From the NCBI GenBank assembly GCA_951406725.2, contig OX597814.1:163308001-163372000 (forward strand): 64,000 nucleotides of DNA, read 5' to 3'. The stretch is from Octopus vulgaris. Lineage: Eukaryota. Shown here piece by piece: positions 12,975-24,900 of this stretch. Numbering within the stretch: the stretch's first letter is position 1; each line of letters starts with the position of its first letter. The notes beneath the pieces were generated by a model. That model searched no databases and was not told the DNA's origin. It saw only the letters and a list, made by a program, of their open reading frames with translations. Both the position numbers and the translations under genes were made by a program.

Positions 12975-15900
12975 CACAGACATATATACAGGCACACACA
13001 TATACATACATATATACATACATATATATATCATTTGTTTTATCTTCTATTTCAGCCAAAGCCACTCAGCATGCGGTTACAGACTTTGAATAACTTTCCA
13101 GTTAGTCAGGCTTATAAGTCTGCATTCCGATGTCATGCAGGAGCTATATCAAAGGCTAAGTAAGATATGAACTATTATAAATCGTTTAGTGAATATATAT
13201 ATACACACACAAATGTGCATGTGTATGTTAGCACAAAGAAGAAAAAGTATGTAATATATTTAGTTGAAGTTGAAATGTCATACAACCATCACTTCTCCAG
13301 GATCTCATTTCTCCATGTTTTACCCCTTTTGTTAGCCTCTTTCTAGAAAAACCTGTTGCCTTTTCGAAAATAATGAAGATTTTAACAAAAAAAAATTGTC
13401 ATTAATAAGCTGATGCTTTCAACATAAATTAACATAAAATTTTGATGGGAAATTATAATTTAGTTTTTTTTTTTATAATAGGAATTTTGTTTCTCAGAAC
13501 CAGAGTTAAGGAACTTGAAAGTAACAACTGACTGAATATACAGCTTTGTATATGTAAACAGTGTGTGTGTCTGTGTGTACATTCATGATGCTGACATGAC
13601 AATAGTTTAGAAGTTCACTTTGCAGTTATTTAATCCAGATCAGATTACATCTAGACACACTGATCACTCATTCATCTCTTATTTTACAAATTCCAGGGTA
13701 GCCTGCATTACTAGCTCCACTAAATCATTGGACCTGATAAGACAAAATTTACAAAGATTCATCAACAAAGAAATTGACCATGTCATTCAGGATTATTTAA
13801 AGGTAAGCTTGCTTCATTTGTTTATTTCTTTAATTCTGTCCAAAGAATTTTCATAAGTTTTGTCCTAAATGTCCATGTTTGTTTATTGTTGGTAGTCATG
13901 GTTGTGGTTGAAGGCAACAATGACATTGCTCATCTGCAATTTCTTGCACTGAGGAACATATGTTAAATCAGAGTATTTTTCAAAATTTCATTTCATGTCG
14001 TCGTCATCGTTTAATGTCCGCTTTCTATGCAGGCATGGGTTGGACAGTTTGACTGAGGACTGGCAAGCCAGGAGGCTACACCAGGTTCCAATTTGTTCTG
14101 ATTTCTACAGCTGGATGCCCTTCCTAATGCCAACCACTCTGAGAGTGTAGTGAGTGCTTTTTACATGCCACTGGCACAGGGGCCAGTCAGGGGGCACTGA
14201 CATCAGCTACACTCAAATGGTGCTTTTTACGCGGCACTGGTATCAGCCACAACAACAATTTCACTTGACTCAACAGGTCTTCTCAAGCACAGATTATTGC
14301 CTGACACTTGGAGGGTAGTTTTAAATGGGCCAGTTATGCAACACTGGCATAGACAACAGCTATGATCTTACTTGGCTTACCGGGTCTTCTCAAGCACAGC
14401 ATATCTCCAAAGGTCTCAGCCGCTTGTCATTGCTTCCGTGAGGCCCAATGTTTGAAGGTCATGCTTCACCACTTCACCCCATGTCTTCTTGGGTCTAACT
14501 CTTCCACAAGTTACCTCCACTGTTAGGGTGTGACACTTCTTCACACAGCTGTCCTCATCCATACACAATACATGACCATACCAGCGCAGTCGTCTCTCTT
14601 GCACACCACATGTAATGCTTCTTATGTCTGACTTTTCTCTCAGGGCACTTACATTCTGTTGTATATGCACACTGATATTGTACATCCAGTGGAGCATACT
14701 AACTTCATGTTTTTTCAAGCTTGCGCATCTCCTCAGCAGTCCTGTGTAGCATGGCTGTTTGCACACATGCGTCATGCAGTCTACCTTTTACTCTGAGCGA
14801 GAGGTCCTTTATTACCAACAGAAGTAGGAGCTCTCTGAACTTTGCCCAGGCTATTCATATTCTAGCAGCTGCATTCTCAGAGCATCCATCCCTGCTACTT
14901 CCTTGGTCACCTAGGTAACGGAAGCTATCAACTACTTCTAGTTTTTTTCCCCTGCCATGTGATGGAATCTGTTTTCTGTTTATCTTTGGTGTTTATTGTC
15001 CCTGTGTATCTGCCACACACAAAATCTATCTTCCTAGTTAACCTTCCTTTGATATTGCTGCACCTCTTATGTGTCCATAGCTTACACCAGGTATATCTTA
15101 TGGAGTTTTTACCTACGCCTTTTCTGCAGATCAAGCAGAGCCATCAACCTGAAGAGATTTGTGATTTGTCTGCCTTCCTACTTACTAAGATTTTGGTTTT
15201 TGCTAGATTAACTCTAATGCCCTTTGATTCTATACCTTGCTTCCACACCTGAAACTTCTCCTCTAGTTCTGGTAGTGACTCAGCTATCAGAACAAGGTCA
15301 TCAGCATAGAGAAGCTCCCAAGGGCAACCTGTCTTGAATTCCTCTGTTATTGCCTGGAGAAATATGATGAATAAGAGGGACCTGAGGACTGATCCTTGGT
15401 GAACCCCAAATTCTACTCAGAATTCTTCACTATACTTGTTGCCAATCCTCACCTTACTGACAGCATCCCTGAACAGGGCTTGTACAGCTCTTACCAACCA
15501 CTCGTCTATCCCTAGTCTCTGCATTGACTACCAGATAAGGGATCAGTGTACCCTGTTAAAGGCTTTCTCTATGTCTTACCAGAAATATAGCATCAGTAGT
15601 GCTTCTCCCTGGCACAAACTCAAACTGCACCTTGTCTAAACTAACTCTCCCTCTAATTAGTTGGGCTATGACCCTCTTTGTGACTTTCATCACCTGGTCC
15701 AACAATTTGAAATTATTCACTGTCACTTCCATCCTCTTTGAAAAAAATACTACCACTTCCATTAACTAACATCCTAGCAGTATCATCACCACAATGAACT
15801 GTTAGTTCTCAGAGTGTGTGTGTGTGGGCATGTGCATATATGTGTGCATGATTTTACTTCCTTGTTGAAGATTTCAATTCATCAGTATTTTTCTTTTGTT

Positions 15901-18900
15901 CTTTTTCTCTCCTGTCTTTCACTGTTAACATCTCATCCAACAACTCTACATCTACTTGTAGTACATTACCAGGGACAGGTTCAATTCATTGCTATCTAGA
16001 TAGCAATGAATTGAACCTGTTAATTGACACTATTAACTGACATTTTTCTCTATCTAAATTTACAGTTGTATTATTTTGCAATTAATTTTTTATACACTTC
16101 AACTTTACAGAAATTCTTTAATCCTGGTATAGAAAACATTCGCTTTAATAATGGACTAAATGCCGTGAAAGATGAACATGTGCAATCAGTTTGTCAGAAG
16201 ATTCTAGAAGAGGTTTGTATTTCATTTTTTTTATACGTATTCTTTAATATTGTTACCTTGTTCCTTAAAATTGAGATAAAATATGTACTATTATTTCTGA
16301 TTTAATATATGAAGTTTGTCAAAAGATGGTCATTCGTTGATAGTTCATATACAGTATTTGAGTATGTAATAGTGTCTTTGTGTACAATAGACTATCTATG
16401 TGTTGACAGATTTAAGTTTGAAGGCATGTTTTTTAGAATCAAGGACCTGGAGTTCATTGTTTAAGTAAATAAATAAAAATAATGTTGTGGTGGACATCCC
16501 CAAGTGAGAAGTGGGCTGTTCCACTACTGATAAATAGTGAACAGACACAGCAAGCAGGATCAGTTAGCAAGGTACGCTGTTTGGGCCAGTCATGCAGACA
16601 ACGAAATACGTCGTCATAATGCGGGTCATATCAGTGGCAATGAGGAGTCAAACTACACACAGTGGCAGATAAGACTAACACAGAACTGAACTACACAAAG
16701 TGAAAAATAATATAAATCTGTTTGTAGTATTTCTGTTTGATCGCTATGTGTTAGTAGCACTACCAGTGAACAATGTATTACATGCGGCATTCTGAAGAGA
16801 AAAATAATTCTGTGTGGAAGAAAAATAATAATAATAATTAGTCCATGTGAAGGATTTAAGTCAGGTCACTGTGTGTTGGTAGTGCTACCAGTAAACAATG
16901 TAGACTGGTACTACCTGTGGCATTCTAAAGAGAAAAATAATTCTGTTTGGGAGAAAAAAATAATAATCATGATAAGTTTGAATAAAGGATTTAAGTCAGG
17001 TCACTATATGTTAGTAGCACTACTGGTAAACAGTGTAGACTGGTACTACCTGAAGAAAAAATAATAATGTTGTGTGAAAGAAAAAATAGTTTCAAAGCAG
17101 TGGGGTGTTGTGACAGACACCCCCAAGTGAGAAGTAGGCTGTTCCACAACTGATAAATAGTGGACAGACACAGCAAGCAGGGTCAGTCAGCAAGGTTTTT
17201 TTTTTTGTTGTGGCAGTGTGTTTTTCTTGGTTACGTTGAAGTAAGTGGTTATATTGTTATAATTGTTAAAGGTCTCTTCTTGTTCTTGGTTGAAATTGCT
17301 GTTTTAACTAACAAGTTTTTGTTGAAATGTGTTTTTCCTTCCCATTTATGGGAGAGCTGGAGAGAAGAAGTGAAATGGAAACTGGACCAGCAAATAGCCA
17401 CAGTTATGTGGCTGCAACTGGTAGAGGAATAGAGGTAGAAGCCTTCGAAAAGGACAGTGATATACAAAACACTGAAGGTTTCGACAAGGAAAATTGAAAT
17501 AGCTATGCTAGAACACATTGAGAAGTGTTTAAAAGAGATCAAAAAGGTCACCACATTTATAACAAGAAGAAGAAGATATAGCACAGTAGAAGTGCGATTT
17601 ACAAGTGAAGAAGAAGCAATAAAGCACTCCGCTGTTGCCATAAAGACAGAAGAGTAGGTGCTCCTACCAACATACTGTGGCAAGTGAGTTGTCAGAGTAA
17701 GGGTGGGAAAAGTACCACCAGAGTTGGATGAAACATAGTTGGTTGCCGCAGTATGGTGGAGGATGCAAAAATCCTAAGAGTAACAAGAACCAAAAGAATG
17801 AACTAGTGGGGATACGGAATCGAGATGGCAGTACAAGCAAGCGTGAGTGACATGAATAAAATTCCAGAAGAAATTATCCTACCCGAAGATATGAGATTGA
17901 GAGTGGTAATGGAGGGTAGGCCTCCCATATGCAACCTGTGTGGCAAAAAAGGCCACATGAAGGTGAGGTGCCCCTGGAGAGAGGAGAGGTAACAACAGAT
18001 GGAGCAGTCTGAGGAGCAGGAGAAGGTGAACAATGTGGTCCAGGAAGATGAGAAGGAGACAACAGGAATAGAGGAGGAATTTGAAGGGGTTAAAAAATGA
18101 AAAAGGAAAGAAAGAATGAGCTCTCTGCCAAAGGGACAGAAAAAAGAAAAAAAGCAGAAAAAGAGGTGGAGAAGGAAGCCGTAAAGGTGGTTGAAAAGAA
18201 AGTCGTAAAGGAAATTGAAAAGGAGGTTATGGAGGAGGAGGAGGAGGAGATAGAAGCAAGCATACTAGAGAACAGCAAAGAGAAGAAACAGCGGCACTAA
18301 CCAGAATGGAGGAGGCGGCGCTAAGAGTGGAGCATGGCAAACAAGCAAGAAGGCAAAGAAAACATAGCTGAAATTTCATGACAACGATTATACAGAATAT
18401 ATTTATATATATTTACTCTTGTATACACTTTTATTTTACATTAGTGATGCAGAGAAATTCTGCCACTCATCAGGTCATTGTTATATGATGAAAGCTGTTG
18501 ATACTTTATATTGTACTGTCACGAAAGAGCACAAAAGTGAATATAACAGTATTTGTGATTTTAATGGATTTCATCATTTCATAATTCTTTTGGGATTTTT
18601 CCACAATTCTTTCATGACTCCCCCACAACATTTTCAAGACTTTTCCCCTACTCCTCCATAATGTGATTATTTTAGCTTTAACACATACTCTCATATCAGG
18701 TCATTTGCCATGTAGGTACATCTCCAAAGTAAGAATTAGCATTTAATAATAAAAACTTCTTTTCTGTTTTTTTTTTCTCAGGCTAAAAAGATGTACGTTC
18801 CGGATCGTCAAAATATAAAGTATGATAAAGCACCCGTTGAGAATGTATCTCAGCTAATAACAGCTGGCAGTTCTAAACGAGTAAGTTTTACTATTTGGAT

Positions 18901-21900
18901 ATTTTAATATAATCTCAAACGCACAATTTCACTCATTAGCAATTATTTTTGATATTTCTATGTATGTTTGATTACTAGCCGTTTGGAAATTAATCAAGTA
19001 TTTTGAAAGCTTTAGTAAAATAATTTTATTCATTAATTGGTATACTAAGCTAGTGTTTGGAACACAATAACAGAATGTTTATTCCATAAAATTACGTTTT
19101 TAATTTAGGTAATGAGCAAGGAATGAGCTGGCAGAATTCTTAATACATTGGACAAAATGCTCAGCAACATTTCTTCCAGCTCTTTATGATCTGAGTTCAG
19201 CTCCCACCAAGATCAATTTTGCACTTCATCTTTTAAGGGTTGATACAATGAAGTATCAGACAAGTACTGGGATCAGTGTAATCAAATTGTCACTCCCTTC
19301 AAAATTGCTGGCCTTGTGCCAAGATTTAGAAAGAATTTATATAGTGAACACATTAAAATAGGTGGTCCCCAATGAAAGAACCAGCTGCAACCCCCAGCTC
19401 CTTGGTACCAAAAGGGTTAATATGACTAAACGGATATTTAAGATTGCACAATTTATCATAGGATATCATTTGTAATTTTATTTTTAAAATGTTTCATGAT
19501 TTAAAGGAAATGGACACTCACTTATAAGTACATGTTTTAACTGTAAATTTACAGATCAATTCTTCTGCATCCTTCAAAATCCCATGCTTCTCAAAATTCA
19601 TCTCCACTTCTGACATGCCTAAGTATCCTTTCCTTTCTCTGGCTCTTTTACAGTTCATTTCCCTGTCTTCTTGTATTTTATTCTAATTTACTGTATATAC
19701 TTTTAGATTTCATTGCATCTTTCTTTTCTTGTCTTATTGCCACTTCCTAACCCCTCTTTTATCCTTTTTTTCAACAAGTTGTAGGCCCCTGAGCACTTTA
19801 TACAAGAAGCACGATATTGCTATATTGATCATCAAATCATTAGTAAATTCATTATGTCTATGTATTTCTATGATTTTTATAATAAGTTTCTTTTTATTTC
19901 AGTCTACAGTTAACCGCAAAAGACGATCCTCAGACACTGATTCAGACATTGCTATTCCAGTCCAAAAGAAAAAGGTAAAGCTTTGAATTTTCTCACTTTT
20001 ATATTGGTTCTTATTGTTTATTCTTAGGTAAACCCTAATTTGAGCAAACCTATAGTCAGAGATATTCTGGCATTGACCATCTTATGTTTTTGTAAATCCA
20101 ACCCTTTATAAGATGGTAGGGTATGATTTGGTGAAATTTGGGTACTATTTCTAGCAAATCAAGTTACCCTGAAGAGCATATGTGGGGAGTGCTCTTAGTG
20201 CCTCAGTACTTGAGAACCTGGGAGAATACACAGCATTGAAAAAATAACAACTCATTAATTTTACAGATTTATGTTAGATTATTAACAATAAACACATTAG
20301 AATGTTTGGATTCATAACCATGTAGTAACTCACTTTCCCATATGCTTCTCTATGTGACTTACAAACTGATCATCATCACCATTAAGCATTTTCACACACG
20401 CACATACACAAGGCAGACTTTTAGATTCCATGCAGTAAATCCACTCACAAAGCTTTTAATCTGCCCAAAGTTATTGTAGTAGACACTTAAGTTGCCATGT
20501 AATGGGATCAAACCCAAAATCATGTGAATGGAAAGCAAGTTTTTTTACCACATAACCATGCCTGCATCTATGCCATGTTTAAGATAAAACAAAAATGAAT
20601 ACAACAGTATATATTAAATTACTATTTTGATCTTAAGGCTTAAACTAGTTCTTCATGAATTTATGGAAGCTTCATCTGCAGATGATTTCAAATCTGAATG
20701 CAAACAAAAGAGCCTGTACACTCCCAGTGTAGAGATTCCTTTGTTGATTTATTTTTATATCAGTTTCCGTCACAGGTACAAAGTTACAAAGTTTGTATTT
20801 GTTAGTAAAGGTGAGTTATAATCAAAGAGTTGAGATTGATAAAACGAAACATGACCTATGAAGTTAAGCTGTAGGAAGGAGAAAAAAAAACTTAATATTG
20901 TAAATCACTTATTCTACTGGTTTACTGTCTTACCCTTGACCATTGCTTTATATTTCATTGAATTTGTTTCTTTTTATGCTTTTTATCAATAAAGAGATAC
21001 ACATAAAACATATATACATACTTACCTAATACATATGTATCTAGACCAGTGAAGGCATAATCTATGTCATTTAGTCCACTAAAAATAGCAGCCAAATCAC
21101 ACTCTATGGTCTAGTCATAGGAAGAATGCCTTTGATCACACGTTTGCTTATGCAATAACATAAATGCACATACACACACTTATGTATGTATTCATCATAT
21201 GCAAGGTACTTAGAGTTTACATCTCTAAGTAAACCTTGTTAACTTTGCTACTCAAGGTCGTCAACAAATTTTGCTCAATTTTTTTTATCTGATCAGTCAA
21301 CTTCATCCCAGTATTTTATTTTGCTTGTCAAACCACCCACACCATTTTCTTTATATATCTTCAGAATTTAATTTGTCAGCTAAATTTTATTTTTACATGT
21401 TGCTTTCATTTTTTAAATTTATTTTCACAGAAAAAAGGCCGTCCCCCAACACATTCTGGGTAAGTTGATTTTTTATTCCTTTCCTCTTAAATTCTTTTTT
21501 TTTATTCCTTTATTCTTTTGCTTGATTCAACCATTGTACTACTGCCCCACTAGAGTACCACCCTTTCGTTACTGTATTTATTTTCAGATGCTCTGTGTTT
21601 CTTCCAATTACTTTAAATATAACAAAGAATTTAGTAAAATAACTTAGTTATCATTAAGCTAGTTTTAGGAACATAAATTGTGACTAAGGTTTGGTGGAAG
21701 ATTTTAATTCAAAACTTTTGAAAACCAGACATTTGTACTGAGCCGGTTTCAGCCGGGTTGGTAATAAAAGGGTTAAAGAGTTTAGTCAATTTCTCTTATA
21801 AAAAATCTTTATTGCCTTCAGAAGGAAGACTGCAGGATTTAAGTCCTAAAGTACTGGGCAACCAGTCAATTATTAGAATGAGATAGCCATGTTTAGAAAT

Positions 21901-24900
21901 TTGATTAAAAGTTTGACTGAAACAACTATGTTTAATATCCTATATCTATGTCCTGAATACTTCTGTGCTGTAAGGCCAGTCAAATAAGGACTGATTAGGG
22001 CTATTTCAACTATGAATATTAAACATTTTCTAACCTATTTTAAACAATACACTGACTTTATTACAATTTATTTTGAAAATGATCAAGAACCAACTTTTTT
22101 TTCCATATAATGACCACTTTTATCTACATGTAAGCACTTTAAAACTGGTAGTTTTTCTAACAAAGAACCAGAGACAGTCTTGAGCTGAATGCTATCAAAA
22201 AGGTTAAAAATCATTAAATAGGACTTATACGTTTGTCTTGTTTGATGATTCAATGCAGTTGCTTATGATTTAATTGCAATATCTATAAGAATGAAGCTTA
22301 GTACAGTAATTAACTGTTCAGGTACAGTTTTTTTTTTTATTCCTCTTCAAAAAATGTTATTAAGTATTAAAAGGGCAAAGGTCAAGAATTTCGGGTTAAA
22401 TGAAGACTGCTGTATTAGATATTCTATGGTGTGTGGCTTGATGCCTCACATCTAAATGTGTTCTGTTTACTTCTTGTATCTCATAAAATAATCATTAGTA
22501 ATGCATTAGTCAATTCAAAGGGTTCTTATACATACACAAAAGAAATCTTTACACATAAGGCATGTTGCCTGCTTTACCATAGTCCACTTTCCTGAAAAAT
22601 GTCCCAACCACATTTTTGACTGAACAATGATGTCATGTTACAATGTTGCTGTTTAGCATCCAAGTTGCTCCCCCACTATTTTTTTTTTTTTCATAAAAAG
22701 TATATACCAGACTGACTATGTTATCCAATTTGTCTTTTTAAGACTGTAGGGTGTAGTTTGAAAGATATTTAGCTGTTATTTCTAGCTGATTGAGCACTCA
22801 CATGGAGGTTCTTTCATTGGCTAATGGACTATGTCGCTAGATTCTAAAAAATATTACTCTACATATTAGAATAGGAAAATAACATGCAATGCTGTTAAAA
22901 AAGACTATTAATAAACTGATTTGTGGAATCTCATTTCCGTTTATTTCTTAGGAGAGTAACACCTCAGAAATCTATGCGTTCTGTTGAACCACTCAAGAGA
23001 GAAGGGCCAAAGGTAAGCTTATATTGCATTTTTTAAATGTATTGATGATGCTACTTCTTAAAGTGTTTAATTCACATGTAAATTAACATGACTCAAGGTC
23101 TTTTAGTTGTAGGATCTTCAAAATAACTTTATTAATGTACTGAATTAAAACAATGCAAAAAAATGTTAAAAGTTGATGTATTTTTGAAAAATATTTTTCA
23201 GTTCCAATCATACTTTCTCTTCAGGCAAGGAGGTCCTGTATTTTTGCTATATATTGAAGCATTTTAAGTGGTTTTCTTGTATATTCACATAGACCTGTTG
23301 ACTATTTTTAACCACCTTCCTTGTACTGATTTGTGTTTTGTTTCTTACAAACTGAGATACACATTATACTTCACCTGTCTATTTAATGGATGCTGTAGCT
23401 AACTTAACCTGTCTTTTATTTTCTATTCTATTCAGTTCATTGTCAGATGTTTGAACAATATTTGATAGTTGTCTTCCATTATTATAATATTTCTGAAGGT
23501 GGCGAGCTGGCAGAATTGTTAGCTTGGCGAGCAAAATGCTCAGCAGCATTTCATCCATCCTTATGCTCTGAGATCAAATTCCGCCAAAGTCAACTTTGCC
23601 TTTCAACCTTTCAGTGTTGATGAAATAAGTACAATTTATACCCTGGGGTCGATGTAATTGACTATCCCCCACCCACAAAATTCCAGCCTTATGCCTATAG
23701 TAGAAAGGATTATTATATTTCTGAAGGAAGCAAGCTGGCAGAACCATTAGCATGACAGGCAAAATGCTTAGTGACATTTCTTCTAGCTTTATGTTCTGGG
23801 TTCAAATTCCACCGAAGTTGACTTCGCCATTTGTCCTTTTGGGGTTGTTAAAACAAGTACCAGTTCAACATTGAGATCAATGTCCTCAACTTACTCTCCT
23901 CCCTTAACAGACATTGCTGGCCTTGTACCAAAATTTTAAATCAATATTATGATATATCTCTTAGGCTTTTTCTATTTTAGTTAAGAGTTATTGAAAATGT
24001 CTCTATCCTCTATATACATTTGTGCTCATTCTAGAAAACATTCTTATAAAATTAAACAAAAGAAAAGTGAGGGAACAGCAAAGAAGGTGTATAAGTTTGT
24101 CACTCAGGAAAAATATAAAGTTTATTAGGCTTTGGTCATTGTTCTGACCATCATATTCTAAACTTTTGATACACTCTTTTTACAAATATTCTACATAAAA
24201 AAATTTGTCTTACTTTTTAATTTCAGTGGGATCCAGAGCGCCTAATTTCAGAAACACTATTTGTAATGGGTGCAAGGGCCAATAAGTAAGTAAAATGAAT
24301 TTTTGTTTAATTAATTAATTTCAGCACACCCTTCCCACCCCCATCACCTGTACCAGAAGTCTCTATCTTCCAACCTCTATCAGATGTTTCTCCCATGAAC
24401 ACCTCCAAAGGCTTAATGTTCCCCCATCCAATGTTCTGCATCATGAGGACCAAAGACAAAGTGTTTTGTGTTGCAAAACAGTGTGTGAGAGAGAATCATG
24501 ATGTCATAGGAGAGAAATGAGTCTGCAAGGATGATGGCTCACTTGCATTTACTGAGACTGCAGAGAGAATGAGATGCTACTATAAAAGGTTGCTAAATGA
24601 ACAGAATGAATAGGAGGAAGAGAGTCTGCTGAATGTTGACCCAACTGAGGGACCAGCTATCTGAATTAACAGTACCTTGATAGATAAAGCAATTAAGAGT
24701 ATGAAGACAGGGAAACCCCCAGGCCCATCAGGAATCACCACAGAGATGCTTATAATATCTGGCAGTGTTGGCTATAGTCTAGTCACCTGTATAGTCACTC
24801 AGGTGATACATGAAGGAGTCATACCTAATGACTGGTGTAGCAGCACCATAGTCAACTGCTATAAAAGTAAAGGTGATCCATTAGATACAAATAATTATAG

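Noticed and set aside
16745-17090. Regularly spaced repeats that might suggest a CRISPR array (also 26415-26605)
   Set aside because: The units are tandem and diverged with no unique spacers, there are no cas genes, and the context is eukaryotic retrotransposon UTRs.
18097-18300. K/E-rich 67-aa ORF
   Set aside because: Low-complexity tail of the decayed retrotransposon ORF1, not a host exon; no suitable splice sites were needed for the DNTTIP1 model.
18441-18480. Minus-strand CTGATGA followed by a hairpin (hammerhead-like)
   Set aside because: No GAAA box or stem III/I after the hairpin.
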